A DNA stretch of 64,000 nucleotides. Source: Mobula hypostoma. Its lineage: Eukaryota. This document shows positions 36,864 to 49,533 of the stretch, piece after piece. Under the pieces are notes generated by a model that saw only the letters and a program-made list of their open reading frames with translations, was not told the DNA's origin and did no database searches. The stretch covers positions 79,300,001 through 79,364,000 of the forward strand of contig NC_086097.1 in NCBI RefSeq assembly GCF_963921235.1, read 5' to 3'. The stretch's first letter is position 1. Each line of letters begins with the position of its first letter. The translations under genes and the position numbers were made by a program.

Positions 36864-37230
36864 CAAGTACTTTAACTGCATTGCTGGGTCCCTCTAAAAT
36901 AAAGTCCTCTTCTTTATCAAATGTTGGATTGTCAATGCCAACTTTAGGCTGAACTTGTGCCAGCTTCTTCAGTCGAATGGAAGAATTAAGGTCAAATTCC
37001 TGCTTTTTTCCCTCTTCTTCTCGCCTACGACGCATATCATCCTGCTGCTGGCGAATGCGCTCTAACTGAGCACTTCTGCGTATTGGCATAGTTCGTGAAC
37101 CCAAATCATCAGGGCAATCTACAGCCATTTCTCTGTGTCTGGATGGTTCGTCACGGGATGAAAGGTCTAAATTCTTAGCAGTACATTCTGATTCATCTGC
37201 AACTTGTCCATTCATATGCGAGGTAGTCAT
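36864..37230 (-). CDS. PALS1: PALS1/MPP5 first coding exon (N-terminus with the Par6-binding HREMAVDCP motif); the exon probably starts at 37370 with a 140-nt 5'UTR part
   Basis: Translates [14 protein letters not shown]...[32 protein letters not shown]...AVKVL, recognisably vertebrate MPP5. 367 nt, phase-1 donor G|GTATGT at 36863. Acceptor ttctttctccAG at 37372-37371. Confidence 0.97.
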
Positions 37231-40200
37231 GACTGAAACTTTTGTCCTTAAGTTAATTGTTTCTGGAACCTGTACTGAAAGTTTGGTTCCTTATCAGAAA
37301 ATTCATGTTAATGACGATAGAGGTGCTTGATATTAACTTCACATTCCAGTCTACTTAAACTGAGGCTCGCCTGGAGAAAGAATAGTGAAGAAATGAGTTC
37401 AAACCATGTATAAAACAAATCCAAAGAAATCTAACATAATCCACAATTTCAACGTATATTTATTTTCCCCAGTACTATTAGGTTATGCAGACATAAACTC
37501 ATGCTCCTAAACTGAACATGAACACAACCTTCCCAGACTTTCCAATGCAATGACACCCTAACTTTGAAGTTATTTAACATCTGAGTTCTTGCTTCAGATT
37601 TCCCTAGTTAGTAACAAAGAAATAAGCAGTGGCCAAGTTTCTGTCACAGGGTCTACTGCATTACTCCTCACTGATTTCAACAACGAAGCTTTCACTCCCA
37701 CTGCCCGCCCCGTCCCTAAGTGCTTTCCATTTTGGTCAAACTCAGAATATTGAGTAGCAGCCAGCAGACATATGAATGATACTGCCAGCTAGCACTTTCT
37801 CCACCTCTAGGGTCAGTGTGCCCACTGTTAATATTTAACTATTATTTCTGACCGTGCAAAGGTGGACATCACAGAATGCAGAAAATAATTAACACATCAA
37901 TCACACTCTCCAATAAAAAAGACAGCTCTACATGCTAAATGACAGGTTTGCACTGTGTATACAATTCACAAACTTATATAAAATGGACTAATTCTCTTTA
38001 ACAGAAAATTGTAAAGCCAAAATATTAGACTTAAAGCAATAGCAGCAGAATTTGAAGGGAGAGAAAGCAAAATTGTTATATCCAGAGGATGGCAGGAGTC
38101 TGGAACTCACTGCATGAAAGGCTGGTAGCAGAAACCCTGATCACATTTAAATGATTAGTTGGGTGTGTATTTGAGAAGCAATGGTCTGCAGGGCTACAGA
38201 CCAGAGTTATGGAATCATCATACAGTACAGAAACAGGCCTTTTTGACCTATCTCTTCCATAGTGACTACACTGATTACATTTGTCCACATTAGACCAAGT
38301 GCTATAAATTTAGATTACAGGATTTTGTGCCCAGTTCTGGTCACTGTACTACAGTAATGATGTGGAGGTTTTGGATAAGGTTTTTTGAGGTTCTTCAGGA
38401 TTCTGTGCAGGTTGTTAATATTACATACAAGGGGAGGCTGGACAAACTTGGAATGTTTTCTCAATATCACTGGAGAGAGGGTAGGTAGACTCTTATCCCC
38501 CAGGGTGAAAATGTCAAATACTAGAGGGCATAAGATGAGTGAGAGAAAATTCAGAGGAAATTTGAGAGGCAAGTTTTTTTTAAAAAAAACAAAACAGCGG
38601 TAAGTGCTGACAGGACTGAAGACTGAAGCAGATACAACAGCAATGTTTAAAAGTAATTTAGAATAGGCAGGGAATAGAAGAGCAACAAACAATCTGCTGG
38701 GGGAACTTAGCAGGTTGATAAGCATCTGTGGGAGGGAAAGGGCTTCATAAATTTTCTTTAATTTCCCATTTTATTTTTTAGCCCTGATGGCAACCACTGA
38801 AAATCAAGAACTTTATTTGCATTTCTTCCTTTAACACAACAATAACTGACCAACCTTTTGAGGCATTGGTATTTTTTTGGTCAAGGGCAATCTGGCCCAG
38901 ACTATCTGGTGCAATGGTAGTTAGACCTCTCTCTATTATTGCCGATTGTCTTTCCAAAAAAGGAATACAAACCAAGTTAAATTTAACATAACCATGCTCT
39001 TATATCAAAGCTGAATTCAGAAGTCTCAAATTTTATATTGCATTATTTTGTTTGTAAAGTGGAAGAAAATCAGCACCTAATTCAGGAAACAAAGGATGGC
39101 AACTCAAGGGAGATAGTGCCTCTTAAGGATAACTTGCTAAAAGGCAAAAAGGTTCTCTGTTGCTTCTGTTATTTCATGCATACAGATGAAAATAAACTAA
39201 AGGCCTAGAACGGCCCCTTCTCTACTGCTGCTAGGTATCTCTCACTGGAGATAGGGTAGGTAGAGTCTTTTCCCCCGAGGATGGAAATGTCAAATACTAG
39301 AGGGCATAGGTTTAAAATGAGTGAGAAAAAATTCAAAGGAAATTTGTGAGGCAAGTTATTTGTTTTCAGAACAGAGTGGTAAATGCTTGGAAGACACTGC
39401 CAGGGCAGATGATAAAAGCAGCAATATTTAAAAGTCATCTAGAATAGGCAGGGAAGAGAAAGAGAGCAACAAGCAAACTTAGCAGGTGGAGAGAGAAGGG
39501 AATTGCTGACATTTTGGGCTTTTTGTCTCCAGGGTATAGAGGGATATGGACCATGTACAGGCAGGTGGGTTTAATTTAGGCTGGCATAATGGTTGACGCA
39601 ACATGGTTGAGCTGAAGGGCCTGTTCCTGTGTGTATTGCTTTGCTATATATTTAGTTCCCAAGACTAGTTTAATTTCTTAAACAAAGTCCTCTTCCTCTT
39701 GTCCTGATTTTCAGATCCCTCCATGGTCCCATCCACTCATAACTCTTTAATTTCCTCCAGCTCTATAAACCTTCAATATAGTTGCAGACACCCAGTTCTG
39801 CTCTCTTATTCATTCCTGTATTTAATTGCACTATTATTGGTTTCATCAGTAATAGTTTTATGGTCTGGAATTCTATCCCCAAAGACATCTGCCTTTTTGT
39901 TTAATCTACATATTCACAAAATCCTTAAATTCTTATACCTTTTGTGGAATAATAATGGCAGACACAGACTGTTGTACTGTCATGGCCACAAAATCCAACT
40001 AATTGAAGCATGAAACATCTGTACTTCCTGGTTGGAGGGAATCAAAAGAACTTGGGTCCGTAAAGACCATCCATAGAAATTATTGATCTAATAGACCAAT
40101 TTGGTATCTTTATACCTGATACAACTTCTATGCCAATTCCGATGTGCAGAAAATGAATCAAATTCAAGGGAACTTATGGTGGAGAAAAGCAAGAACCAAT

Positions 40201-41504
40201 CCTTCATTTCAATCCAGGTTCCACGTTGACTCGGTAACTGGAGTGGGTGACCCAAAGCTCCCATTCTAACTTCCTTTATATTTCCCAGGTTCAACTAAAA
40301 AGAAAATTTACTCCACAGTTTCAATTTAACTTTGCTAAAGCACATGGTGGAGCTGCAGATTCAGAAATTAGTAAAAGTGGCAAGGGTTAGGTTCAGTTAC
40401 TTGCTTCTATAAAAATTACAAAATAAAAGTTAGAGGGTCAGTGAATGAGTTTTGTACAAAACAGAATCTGGCCCCTTCAGCCCACCATGCCAATCATTTG
40501 CCATCTACACTAATCCCATTTGCCTGTATTAGTCTGTAATCCTCTACACCTTTCCTATAGAAGTACCTATCCAAATGCCTTTTAAACATAATAGTATCTG
40601 CTTCTACCACATCCTCTGATAGTGCATTCCAGATAACTACCACTTTGTGCTTGGAAAAGCTTTACCATTCAGATGTCTTGTTTCTCTTCTCTCATTTTAA
40701 ACCTGCACCCTCTAGTTTGAGACTTCCTTGCTTGGGAAAAAGTCTCTAGACTATCTATTCTATCTACTTAATTTTATAACCTCTACAAAACTACCGTTCA
40801 ATCTCCTACAGTCCAGTCAAAATAAATCCGGCCTATCCAATCATAACCACAGTTCTGCAATGCAGGCAATATTCTGGTGAAACTCTGGAGCAATCATATG
40901 TATTTCCCTTCAATGCACAAGCTTGGAAAAGTGCACATATTTCTGAAAGCAATATCAATCAACAGGTCAATTTGTAAATTCAGTATTGCAGCACAGTCAC
41001 TAATGCTGGTTAAAGTATTTGCTTCAGGATCAGTTAGTGAATTTATCACAAATTCTTTAGTTTTCGTGACAGCACTTTTTAAAATCTCCCCCTTGTATTT
41101 CATGACATTATATAAAACACTTTTTCTTCTCCCCCAGACTTCCAGTGCAGCTGGAATTCCTCATCCTGTCATCATTCGCATTCTTAAGAACTTGACCCCT
41201 GTTTCTGTAGCAACAGTTTTGTCAGCTATCAAGATACCTTGGCACCATATCAAAAGGTACTTACATCACTCTGGGAGAATGTCCACATTTCATCTGCTTC
41301 TTTCTCTCCCACATCAACTCAGGCTTTGTTAAGTGGTCTGCACAATATAGAAAAATATTTTCTTTGTAAACAAGTAATCATCTATGATCACAACCAAAAC
41401 ATATTGCTCCCCCAAGTCCATGACATCAAATAGTTTAAGCTTAATCCTAAGAATCTAACAGATCATATATGCAATAAAGAATTACCTATAAAGTATCTGA
41501 TCTA

Positions 41505-43481
41505 CAGTGCCTTGTAAAGGTTGTAAAAGTATTTGGCCCCCAACCCTTTGCTCACATAAATAGGCATCACAACCAGAGATTTTGATCAATTTTACTGAGA
41601 ATTTTTATTTGTGAATCACATGCTCCTTTTATCACAGTACAGCCCCAAAAAATACCAGGAAAAATTGTAAACAATGAAAAACTAAAACTTCAAAAACTAA
41701 ATTGTCAGCAGTTCAAAGTATTCATCCCCCTTTCCTCAGTACTTAGTCGAACCACCTCTCACAGCTATTATAGCCAGTAGTCTTTAGTCTTTCTGCATAA
41801 GCCTTCGTTTTGCACAACATGAGGGAACAAGATTTGCCCATTCCTCTTTGTAAAGTTGCTCAAACTGTGCCAAGTTAGCTGAGGAGCAGTGGTGGACAGC
41901 AATTTTGAGGTCTTGCCAGAGATGTTTTATCTGGTTAAGGTCTGTACTCTAACTGGGCCACTCAAGTTCATCAATTTTCATCATTTGAAGCCACTCCATG
42001 GTTGCTTTGTCTGTGTGCTTTGGGTTGTTGTCCTGCTGAAAGATGAACTTCCACCCCAGTTTAAGCTTTCTAGAACAGGCTAGCAAAATCTCTGTATTTA
42101 GCAGCATTCATCATCCCATCAATACTGACCACATTTCCAGTCCCTGCTGTTGAAAAGCATCCCCATAGCATGCTACCTCCACCATACTTCACAGTAGGGA
42201 TGGTGCTACCTGGCTGATGCTCAGTATTAGATTTATGCCACACGCATCGTTTAGTGTTGAAGCCAGAAAGTTCCTCTTTAGTCTTATCCAACCACAAAAC
42301 ACTCTTCTACATCTTTACAGTATCGTCTAAGTGATGCTTTGCAAAGCCTTCACAAGCAAGAATATGCTTTTTTTTAAAAAAAAGAGCATGCCATGGCTTC
42401 TTCCTTGCCACTCTTCCATAAATACCCTTTCTGAGCAAGTCTTAGAAACGGGCACACCTCTTTTTCCCTTATTAGGGAGAGAGAGAGCCTGGTGTATGTC
42501 AAATTACCGGGTGAACAAGTTGTCTTTAGGGTACTGCAAGTCTGTGTCTTTATTGATGCCTTCCTGCACGCTTGAGTGCTCGGTGGGGGGCGCCAATGCT
42601 TTTTGCTGGTGGGGGGGGGTCGTTGCCTTGCTACTGCTTATGTGCGGGAAAGGGTAGTTGGGGGGGGTTTGGGGTTCTAACATTTAACTGTCACTTATTC
42701 TTTGGGGCACTCCTCTGTTTTCGTGGAAGTTTGCCAAGAAAAAGAATTTCAGGATGTATATTGTACACATTTCCCTGACATTAAATGTACCTACTGAGAA
42801 TCTGCAAAGCCATAAGACACTGTGGAGCCATGAACTTCATCTCCAGTTGCAGCCACTGACTTCTGCAGCTCAGTCAGAGTGATTGTTAGCGTCACAGTAT
42901 AGCCTCTCTTACAAGTGCCATTCTTCTCTGGCGACTATGTTTAGAGGGGCGATCTGATCCAGGCAGGGTGGCTGTGGTTTAACATTTTTTTCCCCATTTT
43001 TTCCATGATGGTTTGCACTGAGCTCCAATGTATGTTTGATACCTTTGAGATGGTTTTGTATCCTTCTAAAGATTTGTGCTTCGCTATTATCATTTCCCTG
43101 ACTTGCTTTGTATGCTCTTATGACTTTATTTTGGTTTAGTCTGTTGAAAATCTATCATACTGTTGGACCTCTGAGGCGGATGGGTACTCATTCAGGTCAT
43201 CCTCCAATTTTCTACATCAACGAATTAGGCAAGTTGGTAAGTAAGTACTGTACCCAAGAAAAGTTAGTGTAGTAATTACAAGGGGAACGAATACTTCTTC
43301 ACCACACAATTCTGGATTTTAATTTTTGATAGATTTTAGATTGTTTCTTTTGACTTGACATGATGCACAATGTTTGGTAGATTAGCTTAAAAACTCCTAC
43401 TTCAATATATTTTAAATTTAGGAAATAAGACAGTAAAATATGAAAATAGTTGTGGGGGATGAATACCTTTTAAAGGCACTG
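41505..43481 (-). mobile_element. Tc1-like DNA transposon (IR/DR type), decayed and internally deleted
   Basis: TA|CAGTGCCTT...AAGGCACTG|TA. ORF 42070-42297 has [16 protein letters not shown]...[10 protein letters not shown]. Confidence 0.9.
42446..42797 (+). mobile_element. Unclassified interspersed repeat nested in the Tc1
   Basis: Similar to 63130-63478 (cacctct...ggggttctaacat...ttaaatg..cc..ttga). Confidence 0.6.
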
Positions 43482-44633
43482 TATTCCTATCAGTTTCTTT
43501 AGAGAAGTGATTTGCCTCTCATTATCATCACCTGGCTGAAACAGAGCAGCAATATATTTCTTGAAGCTAACTTTGATTCCTGGTGTTAAATTGATGTACT
43601 CCAGCTTAGAATATATTATCTAACTCACATTATCATTTTGCAATTAGATATGGCCACATCTCCCCCTCAACCTTGAAAACACTTAACCAGCCCAGTACCA
43701 TTGTCACACTACAGAATCCAGTTTGCACATTAACTTGATGCCAAGATACAACTCAGATATTACAAACAACAACCTGATATGTGCAAGAATGGACAGACTA
43801 CTACTAAACAGATTGCGCAAACATGACAAACACGCGGAATCAACATCTGACATACTTGCTGGAGTTCCTCAAAGATGTAACAAAAAGAGTGAATGAAGGG
43901 GAACCAGTCGACATAGTGTACTTGCATTTCTGGAAGATATTCGATATGGTGTCATAAAAAGTTTACAGCACAAGAACAGAAGGAGTTGAGGCGAAATGCT
44001 GGCATAGATAAGGATTTGACTAATAGAAAACAGTCAGAATAAATAATTTTTAGATTGGCACAAAGATCAGAATGGGAGCCTGAAATATTTAGAATCTAAT
44101 GACTTGGATGAAGGGACTGCATGTACACTCTTCAAACTTAATAGGTAGCCGGGTTAACAAGTTGTAACAAGCACACAAATAACCTGCAAAGGGTTATAGA
44201 AAGATTCAACGATTGGGCAAAAAGTTGCTGACACAATATGTGAAAATGTAAGGCTATCTACTTTGAAGTCAATATGAGAAAGCAATTTACTGTTCATCTG
44301 AATTGAGACTTGAAATTGCTGTGCCATAAAGGAATTTCACATGAGCCTAAAAAAGTTAGTGCACAGGTAGAAAGGCTAATGGAATATTAGTATTTATTGC
44401 AATAGGTATAGCGTATAGAAGCAGAGTAATTTTGTTATAACTTCACAGGGCTCTAGTGAGATCAGGCCTGGAGTACTGTATATAGCTTTGGTCTTCATAT
44501 TTAAGAAGTGATATGCCTATATTCGAGGCAATGCAGCAAAGGTTTACTAGGTTGGTTCCTGGTTAGAAGGGGTTCACATATGAAGAAAGATTGAGCAGAT
44601 TAAGTCGACACACCAAAGGTGATCCTGAGGTGG

Positions 44634-45602
44634 TGTGATAGAACAGGTTGGCAATGCTAATTCTCCCACTAACCTTGCCCTATTTCCTGGTTAGTCACTC
44701 CTCCTCATTTGGTCCCTGGTCTCATTTCCCCAGTAGTTTACACACTCTGCCCTCCCATTCTGCAGTTCTTGAGGTGTGTTAATTGGTGAACTCCCAACAG
44801 TAAAACAATCGCTAGCTTGGCTGATCAAAATAATCCCCTCAGTTTACATGTTCTACTGGTTTATAACGATTCTAGATACAGGCATTCCAAACAATTTCAT
44901 TTATTTTTACTCACACCGTGGCATCGGTTTGTAGAAAGCAGAATGGCCCCAAAAGACCCAAGGGACAGTTTGGGGTGTCCTAAAATAATGCCTGTTTTAG
45001 TAGGTGCAGGTACACCAACCCTACACTGGTAACACCACTGGCGGGAAGCATTATTCTTTTATATTCATCTGAGCATGTGGACACTGATCTACGGGTTTAG
45101 TTAAGGCATTTGTTGTGGAATAAAACTGTAGGATGTTAGAATCCCTGTTCAAAATGTTCCAATTCTGCACCTGAAATAATTATGATCTGGTCACGTAATT
45201 AACACCCATTTCCCCCGCCCCCAGTCCAACAGTAGTATTTCCTGGTCCTTCTAGGCCAGGCAGAGGCAGAGGCAGAGGCAGAGTTAAACGCTCAATCTGG
45301 CTTTGTTAGAGAGGTGTAGAGGTTGGAATTGACAGTTGGTGAAGTTATATTGGAAAATTAAAGACAATGTGTGTCATGGAGAAAGCCTCCGTAGATTTGT
45401 AAATTTTTGTACATACGTGTTTAGTTTTCACTTGTCTATTTCAAAACACTTTTTTTCTTCACAACTTTTGGGCAGTTTTTGCTCTTTTTTTCGCCACTGG
45501 CACTAAATAAAACCCTTGCACCAACATACTGTTGCGGCTTACTATCTGCCTTTTTTTCAACTGGTTACCCTCACTGGGCACGCTTACCCTCACCTGATAA
45601 CA
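44634..45602 (+). mobile_element. Putative solo LTR
   Basis: Interrupts the CR1. Starts TGTGATA and ends GATAACA. AATAAA about 95 nt before the 3' end. No coding capacity. TSD not clean. Confidence 0.5.
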
Positions 45603-45721
45603 AGTGAGGGGTGGATGACGAAGTGGATATCAAGAGGAAGCTTCCCTGGAGTTGAAGTGGGGGAGGGGGCAAAGATTCAATATGAAATCACCTTTTTCAG
45701 ACACAAATAAGCAGGAACTAC

Positions 45722-46010
45722 TATGGGCAGCATAGCAGCACAGTAGTTAGCACAACGCTTTACAGTACATGTGACCGGGGATCAGTTTCTGTTGCTGCCT
45801 GTAAGGAGTTTGTATATTCTCCCCGTGACTGTATGGATTTCCTCCAGGTGCTCCAGTTTCCCAAAGACGTAGTTTAGTAGGTTAACTGGTCATTGTAAAT
45901 TGTCCCGTGAGTAGGCTAGGGTTAAATAGATGGAATGCTGGGTGGCGTGGCTCAAAGGGCCAGAAGGACCTATTCTGAGGTATATATTTATTTAATAATA
46001 CATACATACA
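45722..46010 (+). mobile_element. tRNA-derived V-SINE/HE1-like element
   Basis: A/B-box-like head, core ggagtttgtatattctccccgtgactg...ggatttcctccaggtgctccagtttccc, LINE-like 3' end and (cata)n tail. Confidence 0.7.
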
Positions 46011-48208
46011 CTTCTTCTCTCAGAGGGTTGTGAATCTATAATTCTCTATCTCAGAGAGCTGTGCAGAAGTCATATTCAAAGTACATTCAAATTGCAAGTG
46101 AGCCAAGGAGCACTGACAGATGTTGATTCCAGGATTAGATCAGCCACGATTTTACTGTGAGGTACAGCAAGCCTGAGTGGCTGCTGATTGGCTTACTCCC
46201 ACTGCTGTTTTGTATAATTTTACAATAATCTGCAAATTTAAAAAATTTATTTCTTCCTGCTTTGCATTTTACATATTTCGAATGAGCTTTCTACTTTATG
46301 AGTTAAAGAGCTTTCTGTTGCATGACCGATAATAGGTACTGACAATCAGATTGTTTAAGTTTCAATATATAATATCCAAGACTAACAATATTTACGTTTA
46401 GTTTTTTCTAACTAAATGGGAGGCACAATTGAGGTGGTTACCCCTCTCTTTTAACCTACTTTAAACTAAAGATTTTTCCTCATTCAGTCCTGAATGGCTG
46501 ATAAATTCTTTTGAGATACGGGTTCTGTTCTAGACATCTTACAAAAACATCATCCCCAATCTACCTCATTAGGCCCTTTAAGAATATTGCATGTTTCAAT
46601 GAAATCACCTCTCATTCTATTAATCAAGAGAGCACAAGTTCATCTCATCAGAGAACATTGTCCAACCATCCTGGGACACTATTTGGATCTGACCACAAGT
46701 ATACTCTTCTTTAGTTAGGGAAACCAGCCTAGTATGCACAAATATTCCAGGAACAATTTCAAAAGAACAGTATATTCCAGATAAAACACTTTACCCTTTG
46801 CCTTCTTAATTTTTGATGTAATTGGATGTTAACTTATGTGATTTATGTTCAAGACAGTTCCCTCTGGACATCAGTATCTTTCAATCTGTCAACAAGATGG
46901 ACCTACACTCTCCAGGTAATGTCACTGATGTATCAGATCCTGATAGAAATGGACAAGCTTACTGCTGAAAGACTTGATTCCTTTGCAAACAGCAAGGGGT
47001 TACATGTCAGAATATGAGATCAAGACTTTTAAATTAATACAAACAGAAATTCCATTGTGGATAGGAATTCACATCCATCTTGTGTAAAGAACCTCAGCTG
47101 TTGAGTTTCTTCACATTAGGGAATAGAGGAGTATGAAGATTAGGCATGAAAATAAATCCGAGGTGGACGATTAGCTACAAATATAATGAATAGTGAAGCA
47201 GGCTTAAGGGCTTTATAGCATATTTCTCTTATTCTTGATGTTTAGCTGCTAGTCATGTTAATAACTTGCCACCTGCTTAAAAATACTTCCCTCAGAATAG
47301 TGGTATGTAATTGAATCTGTAAGACAAGATCATGTTTTAGATATTAATATGAAGAGATTGAAATGACAAATCAAACTAAAAGAGAAACTTGGACCCGATT
47401 ATATGAATACACACTGTCTGACAGTGTATGTTAATCCATTAATTTGAAGCAATTCAAGACACCAGCAGAAAGTAAATGTCATCACCTTTACAGGTAGGCA
47501 GAAATCGAAATAAAATTTAAATTTTACTTTGAGAAAATTGAACACAAGCCACTCATCCAACTGTCTTATCCTCAATTTCCACACTCGTTTTATGCTCTGT
47601 CCACCTTCAAGAAAGAGTACCTTGTGTCTTTCTTAAGTAAGTTGTTGTTGGTTGACTGAAATTTATCTGAACACTCTTCAATGAAAAATAAATTTTAAAA
47701 AAGTATATTTTAAGTTAAAAATACAAATCATGCCATAAGTTGGGGTAGTGCCAGTACCTGCCAAAATGTCAAGAATTCTGTGGTGAAAGCAAGGCATACT
47801 ACTGATTCTTTTCTTTAAAGAAGCAAGCTGTTCAAACAATTTGAATATGAAATAATGTAACAAAATAAAACATGGAAGATCAACCTTTAAACAGATTTTA
47901 AAAACAATAGTATAATTACATGTTTTTAAGTGACAAAAGAAAGTGAACAAATAGAAGTTTGGTGCAATGAGTTAATGGTAAAACAAATGTGTCTGCATCT
48001 TTGTGTGAAGAAAAATAAACTGATTCACCAATACAATGCTTACCCTTCGAGAAAGATAAAACTTTCTTTTCACAGCAGACTTTTTAAATACTTTGCAATT
48101 CACTGAACACATTTACCTCATGGAATTAATACAAGCATAACAAAAGCAAGCATGACAATAGAAAGCATGCAATCATACTTTGCAAAAGTTCTCTAAAAAA
48201 CAGTTCTC

Positions 48209-48309
48209 CAGGGATTCCCAACCTTTTTAATGCCAATGAGCACTATTATTTGAAGGGTCCATGGACCCATTATTTGAAGGGTCCATGGACCACAGGTTAG
48301 GAATCCCTA
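48209..48309. mobile_element. hAT-like MITE with an internal ~23-bp tandem duplication
   Basis: CAGGGATTCCCAACC...GGTTAGGAATCCCT; attatttgaagggtccatggacc occurs twice. Confidence 0.65.
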
Positions 48310-48389
48310 TTCAATGCTAAGAATGTAGAAACAAACGGGTATTCCACCCACTCAGGTGATAGTGGCTGACCTCTCATCTAGTTTCCTAC

Positions 48390-49110
48390 ACTAACTCAAA
48401 GTTCAAAGTACATTCATTATCAAAATATGTATACATTATACAACCTTGAGCTTCATCTTCTAACAGGCAGCCATGAAACAAAGAAACCCAAAAGAACACA
48501 TATATTAAAAAAAGTCCAGACACCCGATGTGCAGAGAGAAAAAGAACACAGCATGCAAACAATAACCACAAGCAAATAGTGTTCTGAGCTGAAATCTGCT
48601 CAGTCCCACAGTTCAGCATTGAGCCGAGTCGTGGAGCAATGATCTGAACTAGCCCACCCATTGCCTCAGCCCCTGACACCCTGACATTTTTCAGTCTGGC
48701 CCAGTGGCTAAATTGATGGATACACATTGGGTTCAATTGTCTCAATACACTCTGGTGCCAGGACCCCACTACCTCAATTTATCATCCTTTCCGACTCAGC
48801 TCTGTGCTTAAATCTCTGCCCCGAACCACTCTGGTGCCTCGACTCTCAATTCAGCCTGTAACCAACCTCTCTGATTCAGCCCTGCACACAAGTCTCCACC
48901 CAAACATCGAGTTCAGTTGATCTGGTACGCGCCAGTGTCCGGTCCTCACCGCTTCGATTCGTCTGTAACCAACTTTTCAGCTTCGGCACGACACTCTAAA
49001 AGTGCACGAAAGGCATGACGGTCGAACCTCAGGTCTCCCTCACTCTCGGTGACAGGCCCACCACAGTTCTACCACACTGAATTGCCTTCAAGTCCAAAGA
49101 GAACTGTATA
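48390..49110 (-). mobile_element. Unclassified non-coding interspersed repeat, related at its 3' end to 42446-42797 and 62630-63479
   Basis: The minus-strand 3' end ...ggttgtataatgtatacatattttgataatgaatgtactttgaactttgag resembles the other copies. The 5' boundary is uncertain. Confidence 0.45.
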
Positions 49111-49227
49111 TTCCTCAATTCCTTTGACATTCAAAACTACATCAACCTCTTGGTGACCGAGCCCCTACAGCTCTTTTGGAAAAAGAACTCCAAAAATTCA
49201 CTTACTTGCTCAATATCGCAAAAACAA

Positions 49228-49533
49228 AGCAGCCCGAAGGATCATCGGGGACCCAAGTCACCCCAACCACGAACTGTTCCAGCTGCTACTATCCAGGAAA
49301 TGGTACCGCAGCATAAAAGCCAGGACCAACAGGTTCCAGGACAGCTTCTTCCACCAGGCCATCAGACTGATTAACTCATGCTGACACAACTGTATTTCTA
49401 TGTTATACTGACTATCCTGTTGTACATACTGTTTATAAATTACTATAAATTGCACATTGCACATTTAGATGGAGACGTAACAAAGATTTTTACTCATGTA
49501 TATGAAGGATGTAAGTAATAAAGTCAATTCAAA
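49228..49533 (+). mobile_element. Rex1/Babar-type LINE 3' fragment
   Basis: DPSHPNHELFQLLLSRKWYRSIKARTNRFQDSFFHQAIRLIN, followed by aataaagtcaattcaa. Another copy of this 3' end lies at ~58700-58895 (minus). Confidence 0.75.

Larger units (their letters stand above)
43845..46215 (+). mobile_element. Old CR1 LINE split by two insertions
   Basis: Decayed LLEFLKDVT...GEPVDIVYLHF, ctggagtactg and cagagggttgtgaatct segments in colinear order. Confidence 0.7.

Noticed and set aside
40040..40294. LQLPSQRGTWIEM resembles phosphomannomutase LPKKRGTFIEF (possible PMM pseudogene)
   Set aside because: The similarity is limited to about 10 residues and the surrounding frames do not match; probably chance. 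A BLASTX would settle it.
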